Made by a program: the position numbers and the translations under genes. The notes under the pieces were generated by a model. The model searched no databases and had not been told where the DNA came from. It saw nothing but the letters and a program-made list of their open reading frames with translations. Shown here piece after piece: positions 32,731 through 45,699 of a stretch of 64,000 nt of DNA. The number at the start of each line of letters is the position of its first letter. Positions within the stretch are counted from its first letter, which is position 1. The stretch comes from Callorhinchus milii (lineage: Eukaryota), in contig NW_024704753.1 in NCBI RefSeq assembly GCF_018977255.1, positions 868,001 to 932,000 on the forward strand, in the 5' to 3' direction.

Positions 32731-34299
32731 TAGCGTGATGATATAACAGTGGGACCTCTGGTATCTGTATCACTAAGCATACAATCCATCTCGTGCCCCA
32801 GGAAGCCTTGGTTCGATGCCCGCTTTAAGCATTTTCCCTCTCAGTGGCCACCCATTGGGATAACGATTTACCATAAACCAAATGAGTTAGTTACAAGATT
32901 GAGTCTAATAATGAGCCCCAGGTCTCCTAATCCAGCCATCTCCCTGGCCACTCTCCAGAACACAGATTACCAACACAGGCTTCAGGAGCTAAATAGCTGT
33001 TAAACATTCCCACGACACTGCACATTTAGTACATTAACCGCCTCAAATCATACCCATTTTCTGATCAGCGTCATTTTACCCCTGGTAATTATGGATTCTG
33101 CATCACAGGGCCAGAGCGACATTAAAATATTCTGCGGTAAATAAATAGGGAGAAATTATCTCCACTGGTTAGCGAGTCGGTAACTAGAGAACGCATCAAT
33201 CTAAGATCACTAAACAAAATACAAAGGCTAGGATTCTGTTTTTACACACACACACAACACAGAGATGCACACGCACACACACAGTTATAAGGACATGGAA
33301 CGCCCAACCAGAAACGCTAGTTCAAGCAGAATCCATCATAGCTTTTAAAAAGATTTGGAAAAATATCTGAAAAGGAAAATAAAAAACATCTGTGGGGGAA
33401 AGATCAGGAGTGGGACTAAATGGTCCTCTCAGAGAGTCAGCAAGGACACGATGGGCCGAATGGCCTCTGCTGTAACATTCTATGACTACTGTGTTCAGAA
33501 GAATAAGGAGGTTGCATGGGGTTTAGGACTCGTTCTGCAAGTTTACATACAACCTGATGTTTGTTTTCACAGAAAAGCCCCAAATTAACCCCTTCTTTAC
33601 TCTGTGGCAGTTCTGCCCAGGAGTGCTGTATACTGACTGTGAATCATATACTTATGGGAATGTTGGATATTACTTAAATCTTCAGTTAATTCTACAGTGT
33701 TGGAAAAGAGAATGGAGGTTCTTCATGTGCAACAATCCTCGTGATAACTTCATTTGCTAACAGGCTGTTTGTGGAAACTTGGTGTGCAGAAAGAGATGCC
33801 CAGTTTGTCATCAAAACACAGTCATTACACTCGACAACAATTCCATGTGAAGTGCTCTGAGATGTTGATGTGAATCCAGACATTAAGGTTCAGAAAACAA
33901 AACTGAGTTTCAAACTCTAATTGGCACAGTTGTAGCAGTGTGCAAGAACCACTAATTTATCTGGCTGATTGCTGTTCAGGACAGCGAGAGAAACTCCCTT
34001 CTCTAATCTTTTGTTGCCAGGTGACCCTGGGTTATATTCTCTCCCCCGTCCAAATTCAGCACAAATAGCGAAATGAATTGTCTGCTACTCTCACTCCCAT
34101 TTCTTGGTGGAACGTCTCTGGCTCCTGATCTCACCTCCAATAACGACATTCACTTCATTTCGAATTAATCTCATTCTGTAAAACGACTCGAGACGTTTCT
34201 TTTAGGTGAAAGGCGCTGTGTCAATGACAGTCGTTGCGGGTTGTTTTTTTAAAAAACATTCCACTTTCTACAAAGGTGCTTTAAAATAAAATCTACAGC

Positions 34300-34575
34300 C
34301 GTCGTTGTTCGGGCCTTCAACCTCTCTGCCGCCAACCCCTGGAACTCCATCCCAAAGCCCCTCTACCTCACCCCCTCCCTTGCCTCCTTCAAGGCCAGTC
34401 TCAAGATCCTCCTCTTCGACCGTGCCTTTGGTCACTTTCTTACCACCACCTTCCCTGCCCTCCATCCACTCCTGATTCCAACTACCAGCTCAGGGGTAAA
34501 TCCCTGACTGTCCAGCGCCTTGGGATGTCCTCCTGACGTGAAAGGTCGCTGTGTTAATGTAATTTGTTGTTGTTG
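34300..34575 (+). mobile_element. L2-type LINE 3' end
   Basis: Same family as 27325-27650, with a (TTG)n tail. Confidence 0.75.
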
Positions 34576-37500
34576 CTTGTACAAAACTCCGAACAGCAGC
34601 GCAGTTTGCTAACTCTCTGTCCCACGGAGACCTTACATGTGCACAGGCCAGTGACCTAACCCAAACCTATTACAGCGTAAGCAGTGTGCGTTCCTCATGG
34701 CCCCGATTCACACAGCACTCACAGAATGCAAATTTGCGTAACTCCTATTCATAAGGTTACACAAAGAAATGCCAGTGTCTGTAGGGCTGGATCCACGGTC
34801 CTCCCAGGGATGAATAGCTTGGGGATTGCCAGCGTGTTTTTAGGCAGTCAGAAGTGATCTGTGCAGCAATCATGTTGCCCGAAGCAACTGTGTAAAAGCG
34901 CCACAGATCTGCTTCGGGAAGTGTGCCTGATATTGCGGTTTGGGGGGGTCCACAATAACATAGCGGCCGTGCTAAACTCCATGTTTATTGGTACACCCTG
35001 CATTTGTACAACACCCTCCCCCAGTCCTCCCCACCTAAAACACACACACATGCCAACAACTCCGGGAGTAATAAATCCTTAAAAAAATAATAAATTGGGT
35101 CACTCAATCCACGACTGTTTGTGGCACACCGCTGTGCACAATTGGCTGCGTGTTTCGCCCACAAAATATACATTCAATTCACTTTAAGATGTCGCGAAGA
35201 CATGATAAGGCTCTACATCAAATGCAAGGATTATTATTATTATAACAACAATTTGCATTTATATTTATATTTCGCGCAGGACAGCATCTCAGAGCGCTTG
35301 ACAAATAGAGCGGTAAAGGTGGAGGGAGGGCGATCGGAAGAGGGTTGGAGAATAACTGCACAGTGTACACAACACCATCTCTCTTCTCACTGGTTACATA
35401 AGTGACCCCTGGTCACAGTTATCACTGGACATTCCGGCTGGGATCTTCAATGTGGTTTCTTACAATTCAATCACATGGCCCACAGTTTTCACAGCCTCCC
35501 TGAGTGTTCACTGAAGCCAGGGACTCTCTTCTGCCCTCCCCCCACTCTGTTTGACTGCTGACATTTAAGACGAATGGGGGAAGAGGAAAAAGAGAGAAAA
35601 AGAGCAACAGTACAGCACAGCACTGGCCTACTAGATTTTTTTGGTTGACCAACAAAGTAATCATAGAAATAACAAAATGTTTTGGATTTAATTAGGCTAT
35701 AAATCAAGAAATATTCAATCAAGAAACATTTATTTTGTTGGCCAACCAAAGAGGTTATTAATCTATGCCATTGACTGACTTAATGAATTATACTCGCTTT
35801 TAATGCCGTGCCATCTGAACATCTCACTCAATGAGGTAACTGTGTGTGGGGAATTTGCATAGGGGATGGGGGGGGTAAAGGGAATTATTGGCCAGGAAAC
35901 TTCCTGCTCGTCTCCCAAATAGCACTGTTAGATCCTTAAGGTTCCAACTAAACCTCTGTAACAAGCAGACTGGACCTCGATTTACCATCTCATCCAAATT
36001 ACTGCACCTCCAACAATGCAGCGCTCCATCAGTACTGCGCCACAGGAATGTGGAGTCCCTCTGCAAAAGAGAGGACCCGGACAGGGCAAAACCTTAGGCA
36101 AGTTTCCTTACTCCACATGCCTCTGTTTGCCTAGCAGTAAGTATGAATCCGGTTGATAGTCAACTGGCGGATCGAAGGGTAATCCCAAAAAATAAATGGT
36201 CACTCAATCCAAGACCGTTTGTGGTACACTGCTGTGCACAATTGGCTGTGGGCAATCTACTTTACAATATATTCTGTGAAGCGCTTTGTGATGTCTCAAC
36301 TTGATAAGGCGCTATATCAAATGCAACTATTCTTATTTTTTATTATTATTACATGACAGGCAAGATTAGGAGCCCAAATCCTGGCATGGGGCCCGAACAA
36401 ACCCTCTGACCCAGGCTAGAGCACTAGGGACTGAGCTAAACTATTAGCATATCGCAAATTGGTATTGATTCTTAATTGGATATTTCTTCCACATAAACTA
36501 CTCATACCATTATACTCCAATGCTCAACTCACAAACATGTGGGGGGTGGGGGGAGGCGCTCTATAAATGTAATTTTTTTGTTGTTGTTGAGGGAGGGAAG
36601 GAGAAGAGATTAACTCAATCTCAACATTTGGGGAGGTGGGTGGGGGTTAGAATATTTCAGTTGTGCGTCAGCTCTCTCATTTTGACATGTGTGAAATCTC
36701 AGCCTTGCGGCCAATTCACCAACTAAAAACCTCAGTCGCTACAGACCTGATAATTGTCTGACTCGCCACAATGATGTCAGAACACAGCCACAGAGAAACA
36801 GAAAGAGAATGTAAATAAAGCATTATAAAATAAAACTTGGTGTACTAACAGGGTCTGGTTAACAAAAAAAATCACATCACATGAATTTAAATGTTTCCTT
36901 CACACCCTAACTATCTAGTCACAACCTTCCTGTAATCAGCAGTGGATTATGCAAAGAAATTACTGGTACAAAAAAATTTCATTTTAATCGTGGGCGTTCT
37001 ACCCACAAAATATACACTCAATTCACTTTACAGTGTATTCTGTAACGTGCTTTGAGACATCTCGTAGATGTGATAAAGCGCTATAATATATCAAATGCAA
37101 GGATTATTATTAATTTGTGATTTCAACACACAATAGAGAGAGAATGTAAATAAAGTATAAGTCACTCTCACTCTTGTTTTGGAGTGGTGGAGTGGGAAGG
37201 TGGAGAGAGGAAAAGACATCGTCTTTACCTCTCTCCTTCTCTCTCCTCTCATATATATGCACATGATTCTGTACTGAAATACAAAAGATGTATGCACATT
37301 GGTACATTTTGGGAGAGTGCCTGACTGTGGGTGGAATTGCAATCGTTTGCAGTATATTAATGTTCCCTCTGCTGCCGTTGGTTAGTTGCTGCTGTAGCGC
37401 CAATGTAATAATAATGGTCGTGGACACAACTCACAGCCACAAGCTGCTGGCACTAATCCGCGGGTAGTAGAGTAATAGTAACTTTGCCACAACTTTTTTT

Positions 37501-38054
37501 TTTGTTGGGGGAGGAAGAGAGAGAGGGAGAGAAAGCAAGAGAAAAAGACTGTAAGAATGGAGTGGAGCTAAACTAACTCAGGCCCTCCTTATCCTCCTGC
37601 AGCAACAACCAGGAAAACTGGGAAGAGAGAGAGGGGCGAGGTGGGGATGGGGGAAGAGGGGGAGAAGGGGAGAAGAGGCGAGGTGGGGAGAGGGGAGAGA
37701 GGAATGTTAGAGGCGAGGGTTTCACACTAGTTTCAAACCCGCGCTGATCATTATTTCTCTATGAAATAAACAAACGCCAACTTACGCTGTGACTCTCTGT
37801 ATGTGATGTGATGTATGTGGTCGGTGGGTCAGGCGATCGCTTGTTCTCCTCCCCCCCCCCCACCACACCCACACACACCCCTTTCCCCCTCTTTCTTTTA
37901 AACTGCGAGAAGTGAAGCGAAATCAGTACAGATCCATTGCCCCACTTGAATCTCAAACTTTGCCCAACTCCTCTCTGAGCTCAGCTCCGCCATAACTAAA
38001 CCCCAAAGTTGTCGCCTAGTGACATCATCACAGCCCAAACTCAACCACTCTTAA

Positions 38055-38595
38055 CTCTCTTTCTCTCTGACTTTCTCTCTTTCTCTGACTTTCTCTCTGA
38101 CTTTCTCTCTCTCTCCCTGACTGTCTCCCTGTCTTTCTCTCTCTCTCTGACTCTCTCCCTGTCTTTCTTTCTCTGACTCTCTCCCTGTCTTTCTCTCTCT
38201 CTCTCTCTGACTGTCTCCCTGTCTTTCTCTCTCTCTCTCTCTGACTCTCTCCCTGTCTTTCTCTCTCTGACTCTCTCCCTGTCTTTCTCTCTCTCTGACT
38301 GTCTCCCTGTCTTTCTTTCTCTCTCTCTCTCTGACTCTCTCCCTGTCTTTCTCTCTCTCTGACTGTCTCCCTGTCTTTCTTTCTCTCTCTCTCTCTGACT
38401 CTCTCCCTGTCTTTCTCTCTCTGACTCTCTCCCTGTCTTTCTCTCTCTCTCTGACTGTCTCCCTGTCTTTCTTTCTCTCTCCCTGACTTTCTCTCTCCCT
38501 GACTTTCTCTCTCCCTGACTTTCTCTCTCCCTGACTGTCCCCGTCTCTCTCTCTCTGACTTTCTCTCTCTCTCCCTCTCTCTCTCCTTCTCTGAC
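38055..38595. repeat. (CT)n-derived compound minisatellite (CTCTCTGACTCTCTCCCTGTCTTT)n
   Basis: Visible directly; it produces the spurious ER-rich ORFs. Confidence 0.95.
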
Positions 38596-38723
38596 ACTCT
38601 ATCTGAGAAGTGTTGTGGTGATACCCTTTAGCTATTGCTGGCAGATTCAGTGGGATGCTGGGAGAAATTATTACGGATAAAACTTTTGTGTTTTTTGGGG
38701 GGGCGGTGTATTCCGAAATATAT

Positions 38724-38756
<33 letters not shown>

Positions 38757-39414
38757 GCCGCTTCCCCATGCGTGTCTGTCTGTCTCTGCTTAACTCTGGC
38801 CCCCACCCATCATCTCTACCAACCATCACCCACTCTCTATGCAAAGCACTGAGACACATTGGCTCCCCAACACCCCCCCCCCCCCACCCCCCACACACAC
38901 ACACACAGACGCACAAAAGAGTCCCACAGCTCTCAGCTTAAAAACGAAGGTAAAAAGCTTAAACCAAAAGCCACTGTTCTTCCCACTGCTTTTACTGAGC
39001 GTCCATCAAACTACGCCTTATTCGACTTTTTTTTTGATGGGTGGGGATTGGGGAGAGGAAGGGGCGTCAAACGTGGTAAGATTCAGGTGGGTTAGAGGTA
39101 GACCGATACCCCGCTAAATAATTGGTACCTGGTATTATATCGCCGAGGGTTCCGCCGTCGGTGCGCTGCGGGGGAGCAGCGCTCGGGTGAGGCTGAGCCG
39201 TTGAAATTAGACACTGGAGTTGGCTGATCCGGAATTGGAACCATGTTCAGCATTCTCCAGGAGCACTGGGGGGCAGTCAGTCAGTCAGTCAGTCAGTCAG
39301 TCACACTCCATCCGCACAGCATTCTCAGGATGGTTGGCAAATCAAACCAACCTGCGTGGCCCTTCCGTGTTTCTTTTTTNCTCTTCTCTCTCTCTCTCTC
39401 TCTGGAACCAATAC

Positions 39415-39755
39415 ACAACAATAATAATAATAATAATAATAATAATAATCCTTGCATTTGATATAGCGCTTTTCACGTCGGGAGGACGTCCCAAAGCGCT
39501 TCACAGAACACACTGTAAAGTGAATTGACTGTATATTTGTGGGCGAACGCGGCAGCCAATTGCGCACAGCAATGTCCCACAAACAGTCGTGGATTGAAAA
39601 TGACCAATTTTATTATTGTTTTTGGTTTTGGAGGGTTTATTATTAGGTGTGTGGAGTAAGGAAACTTGCCCAAGGTTTCGCCCTCTGCCTGGAATTGAAC
39701 TCAGGTCTCTAGCTTGCAAAGCGAGTGCTCAACCACTGAGCTACAGGACTCCACA
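39415..39755 (-). mobile_element. tRNA-derived SINE, young subfamily
   Basis: Nearly identical to 15491-15820, with a long (AAT)n tail. Confidence 0.85.
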
Positions 39756-41204
39756 TGTTCGTAATGTTTTGCCTGAATGTGAATAGAGCTTAACCCCCCC
39801 CCCCCCCCCACTTGGTCAGGCTCCCTCGCATTTTTTAATAAGCTGCATTTAGATTATTTCAGATCCATAACTGACCTATCTACCTCCTGCCCCTGTTGGA
39901 CTAGGTTTTTCATGCAGACTTCTAGCATTATAAAACGATGTTTGAAGAGGAACAATATAAAAGGGCCTGGGGGGGTGGGGAAGAGGAAGGAATGGGTTAA
40001 AATTGGGGAACTAGCACATTTGGTGAAAGATTAGAAGGTTGGGAAGAGAGAGCTCCTGTTCTTCGGTTGAGAGGTTAAACCGCGGTTTAGGTGGACATTA
40101 AAGATGCCGCAATCGGTTATTCAGTTCATAATAATAATAATCCGTCATTGAGATGTCTCAAAGCACTTCACGGAATATACCGCAAAATGAATTGACTATA
40201 GTTTGTGGAGACGAAACATGGCAGCCAATTGTGCATAGCAGTGACCCACAAACAGTCGTGGATTGAATGTTTTTTTACAAAACATGGCTGTTTGTGGGCA
40301 CTTGCTGTAGGCAAAATTGATCACGGGGTTTTGCCTGTAAGTACAGAATAAAATCACACTTGACATCAATCACCTAGCAAGCGCTTTGAGACAGTGACAT
40401 TATAGGCCCTATATCAAATTCATGGATTAATATTACATTTGATATTTCAGGCATCAAACTAAAGTTTAGCTCTGCATGATCCAGCTACTCTCTGCAACTC
40501 GTTTCACCGGGTATTCAGGTATTCATGCTTAAAACATCTCAGTTTAGCAAACGTTAGTGATTTCCCCCTCCCCCTACAGCCAACCACCCCCCCCCCCCCC
40601 CACCCCCGTCTTTCTGGTCAGCTTGAGGTTATGCTACCGCTTAAGTAATTGAAGAGTGTGCTCATGATTCTGTGTGGGTTATTTTTATATTTCAGTTCTA
40701 ATGCTCTCACAGCAGCTTGTGTTTTTCTCTCTATAAAAACTGCTTACACTTTCTACCAGCTCAGATGGAAAATAATGTGGCCTCTTACAAATGCCTTGGC
40801 AGCTTTCCAATTGCAAGAGGTACAAACAAGGCATTGCTTGTTACAGTATACTGTCCTGTAAAGCTGTGCTTACAGCAGCAACATTACATGCTTGCATCGA
40901 ATGCCACCTCATTTGCTCCCAACTTGTGCAAGATTCAGGCTGCAGCTCTGAGAGGCTCAGGCGTTGAACTCCCTTCCCAACCCTGGCCCAGGGGGAGGAG
41001 GAAACACCCACTGCAATAACCGGGTTGACCGGAACTCATTCGTTGTACACCTTTATAATAATAATTTATCAATGGCAAGCTGTACGGTGTTAGCTGGTTA
41101 GACCCAAAATATACAGTCAATTCACTTTAGAGTATATGCTGATAAGGGCTTTAAGATGTCTCGAAGATGTGATAAGGCACTATATGAAATGCAGATTATT
41201 ATTA

Positions 41205-41590
41205 TTACTTCAACAACAAACAACAGGGCGCTGGACAATCAGTCCTAAGGGGCTGGACAATCAGTGATTCGGACCCAATCTGGGAGTTGGAATCGGGGAG
41301 GTTGGAGGGCAGGGGGGGGACCGAAGGTACGGTTGAAGAGGAGGGTCTTGAGACGGTTATTAAAGGAGGCAAGGGAGGAGCGAGGTGGAGGGACTGTGGG
41401 ATGGAGCTCCAGAAAGTGGCTGACGGCCCACCTGCTAATGGTGGGGCAAGCGAGGCGGGGACATGAAGCAGGCCAGAACTCACTGAGCGGAAGGAGCGGG
41501 CAGGTTGGGTAGGGGGTTAGGAGATCTCAGAGGTAGGGGAGAGCAAGGCCATGGAGGACTTTGAAAGTGAGGACCAGGATCTTGAACTGT
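41205..41590 (-). mobile_element. L2-type LINE 3' fragment
   Basis: Translates FWSSIPQSLHLAPPL; same family. Confidence 0.7.
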
Positions 41591-44499
41591 AACAACACAC
41601 ACTCTGGGGTCCCCAAGCCTTGGCTCTTACCAACCTGCGCCTAATACTTACCAGAATTAGGTATACGGGATGCATCCCTCCAGGGAGAGAATGCGCATTC
41701 CATTCCAACAATCTATTTCTGGGATTTCCATGTTTTAAGTGGGATGCATGTAAATCTCAGCTTGGTTTGGATACTCTTAAATATGGTGATGGATTTCCAC
41801 ATGTGTCAGAAAACCCAGTTGACCAAAAAAAGATAATAATCCTTTCATTTGATAGAGTCCATCACCTTGAAACAACTCAAAGCACTTCTCTAGTAATATT
41901 GTTAAGTGTGGTGACTTTGTAAATCTGGCAGCCATTTTCTACAAAGTCGGTCCAAGTTCTGCCAATGAGCCAGGCTGGAGTATTGCGCACTGGCCTGGCT
42001 CAGTAACTGGACTACCAAGACTGCCACAGAGGATGGGCTCGATTCCGACATTCTGTTGCCGAACATGTCACCTTGGAGCCAGTTTAGCTCCAAGGATACC
42101 TTGCTTACTTCTCCACAAGGAGGACGCAGTCTGCAAACCAACCAAGTGGATTCCCAGCACTGAGTGTAGAAATGTGTTTTCACAAACTCGCAAATTCAGT
42201 CCATGATAGTGCAAGTTGTACTGAGCTTGTGAAAGGAATGGACTTGCAAGGCTAAATGGCCTAATCTTCCATGCTTTGTTTGAATTTTCTACCATGGTGT
42301 CTGTAACCCACGACATCCAAATTTGATGTGGTGTCCAAACAGAAGGAATACTATCAAATTCTGCTGAAGGTATTATATTCATGACAGTTGGGTAAACGTT
42401 CTCATCAAAATTAGATGCAATGCTTTTGATTCTCTAAAAAAAATTGAGGGTAATTTATTGTTCGACCATTGATGGGCTTGAGGATGTCATTGAGTGAGGA
42501 CAGGATGTCATTGCTCTGCTGTGCAACCCCCACTGTGCTCCCAGTCAAATACTCACCCAACACACAATGTCTAGGCTCACACAAATGGCCATTTGGGCAG
42601 AGGTCCTGGAGAATATGTTTGTTTACAGCATCTTTAAATGAGGAGGGAAGATTGGAGCGATTGCTGATATGGAATTCCACTAAATATTCTTTTTAAAACC
42701 CCTCATTTTTGCTCTTGAATCTGCTTGAATTTTTGAATAGATTGGATCTGTTCCAGTGTAGATTTTAGTTCTGGTTACATTTAGTCTGTTAAATTATAAA
42801 GAAAAACCTACAACCATCTTTCCTTTAACTTGGGAGTCTGGGAAGAATATAAATTTACCAGTGAAAGAATGGAAAATCAAAAACATTCTTACCAGCACAC
42901 CACAGGTTGTGTACACACACATCTTTTCAAAAAAAATTCTAAAAAGGGATTTTTAGCAACACTTCACATTTCTGTGTGTGTGCTGTGTGTGTGTGTCTGT
43001 TTGTGTGTGTCTGGGCGACTCTAGACTAGACTAGAAGGCTGATTTGTAGGCATCAGTCCAAGATCCACAGCTTCTGCATTACTTCAGGCCTTTTATATTC
43101 AGCTCCAGCAGAAGAGCAAGGATGCCACATGGTCTCATGAAGTCATCACTTTGGTATCTGTGGTGGCTGGAACCTGAAGACAGGGTGAGGTGACTGCAAT
43201 ATTTCATCTGTCCTGGTAAAGAGGCAGTCTGGCAGATTTCTGAAGTCTGATGCGTTTGCTGGGAGTGTAAGAGTTGGTCATATTCAAACAGAGCAACCAC
43301 TTCACAGGGCAAATGGAAAGCTCACCGGTGGCAATGCAGAGATAACTGACAATAAACCAGTCCGTCACCTACATCATCAAGGCATCCCTTGGACTTGTAC
43401 CAATAAATAAACTTCCTGAAAAGTTGAGATTCACCTCCCAGATAAGAGTAGGTGAAGATCCTATTGAGATTCCTAAATATATCCACTGCTGCAGAACTCT
43501 ATGTCTTTATTCACTTACTCCATTTTAATGCTTCCTTTTCCACAAGAGCTCCAAGACTTTATCCTGCGTCGTATTCAGCAGAGCACTATATAAATGCAAC
43601 TTGTTGTTTCTCCATTGAAATCTACAAAATCTAAGTTTTTAAGTTTTCAACTAAAACAATCCACATTAAAAAAGCGAGACAATGCATTAGTACACTTCCT
43701 TTCATCTATGCGGACAGTAGTTTTGAATAACTCAGGTGGAATCCGATCAATGACAGTCTTCTCTCCACTGTGTGAAGCTGTGTATTTCTGCTAGAAATAT
43801 CTCGGGATACAATATATAGTTTGGGACACAACATGTCAAGCACTAGCAGGATGGTGGAAGGCGAAGTAGATGGACCTTTGTCTTCTTTTGCCTATCAAAT
43901 TCTTATATTCATATTTGGACAATGCTAATGCAGCTCCTGGAGGCCACAGTACTACAGTGGGTATTCACATTCTCATTCAGATTGCCTTAAGGATGGCTGG
44001 CTGCGGAAATTTAGTTGTGTAACTGAAGAGGCTATAATGAGATTTTGATAAAGGCATATTTTAGTACAGAATAACATTTTACCCCTGACCTGGGAGTCCT
44101 GGATGGTGACATTGTCATGGTGACACACATGCCTGGAAAACACCCATTTCTGTCTGTCACTGATGCCATAAGCAAATGCCACTAGTTTTGTAATACCCAT
44201 TTAGCACATTACACAAAATGCTCACTATATTTCACAAAATAACAGACACAAGGCCATGGGCTACAGAGAAAGTCACTTCTTCTTTAGTGGTGTCCTAGCA
44301 AAGGATAAGTAAAAGGCCAGTTTAAAGTAATCTAGTTACAGAAGAGCATGATTCTTTGACAAGCTTCAATAGCCATTTGAGATAAAATAATCTGTACTCT
44401 AACAAGTTTGTGTGCAAACTTTTTTTCTTTCCTTTTTTTCTCTCTCTTCTGGTAATAATCCTGTTTACGTTCTTTACGTTACTGACTCACTGATCAGTT

Positions 44500-45140
44500 A
44501 ACATAACATGTAGGAGCAGGAGTAGACCATTCGGCCCTTTGAGCCTGCCCCGCCATTCAATCATGGCTGATCTTCTAATCTAACTCCAGCTAATAACCTG
44601 ACGCTGCCTTATCCCCATATCCCTTCATCCCTTTTGCAATAAGAAATCTATCTCTCTCAGTCTTGAATATGTTCGAGGACTGAGCGTCAACAGCCCTTTG
44701 GGGTAGTGAGTTCCATACATTCACTGCCCTTTGAGTGAAGAAGTTCTTCCTCAACTCAGTGCGAAAGGGCTGCCTCTGATTTTAAGGTTGTGACCCCTGG
44801 TTTTAGTTTCTCCGACCGGGGGAAACAATCTCCCACTATCTACTCTATCATTGCCCTTTGATGATCTTATAGGTTTCTATAAGATCCCCTCTAATTCTTC
44901 TATATTCTAGAGAATGTCGGCCCAAATTGCTCAGCCTATCCTCGTAACTCATCCCCTCCATCCCTGGTACGAACCGAGTAAACCTACGCTGTACCCCCTC
45001 CACGGCACGTACGTCCTTCCTTAAATAAGGAGACCACAACTGGACGCAGTATTCCAGGTGTGGTCTCACAGGGAGGGCCCTGTGCAGTGGCAGCGAGACT
45101 TCCCTACTCTCAGACTCTAATCCTTTCAGAATGAATGCCC
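44500..45140 (-). mobile_element. CR1 LINE 3' fragment (reverse transcriptase C-terminus plus tail)
   Basis: ORF VRPHLEYCVQLWSPYLRKDV..EGVQRRFTR..YEDRL..LEYRRIRGDLIETYKI is a hallmark CR1 ORF2 end. Tail reads ACATGTAGGAGCAGGAGTAGACCATTCGGCCC on the plus strand. Confidence 0.9.
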
Positions 45141-45699
45141 AACACAGCTGTTCTCTTAATTCGGTTTGAATGAAGATGTGAGACAGTGGCTTTGGTGAGG
45201 AGCGGAGAGCGCAGAGCACAGAGTAAAGACACCCAGTCGTGTTTCACAAGTTCATCGGTTTTTATTTTAAGAAGTTGGAAAAAAGGGGCAGGTCTTTCCC
45301 ACAGAGCAATGCCGCCCCCCGGTAACCTGGTAACCTGGTAACCAGCAGACGTGGGTTAAACCATTGCGAACTTCCCAAACCCCAGTAAGTAAACATCACC
45401 TTCTTTTCAACGGGGCCTAAAGAGTGAAACACTGGAAACACTCCCTGTGTGTGGGGGGGGGGGGGGGATGTGCCTATGACAGCGGTACCGTCCTGTGCCA
45501 CATGCTGTCCGCCGCCCATCTTAATTTGTCTCTGACTTTTTTTTTGGTACCGTTTGCAGATCCGCCATCGCTTCCGCGGCGCGGAAACCTGCACCGCTTA
45601 GGAAGATTTGGCGATTAATTTGCCCTCTTTATCAGGACGTACACTGCTCCCGAGTGCAGTTATTATTATTATTATTATTATTATTATTGTAAGTGCCAC

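Noticed and set aside
38028-38806. ER/RE-rich ORFs
   Set aside because: (GA)n-derived compound repeat.
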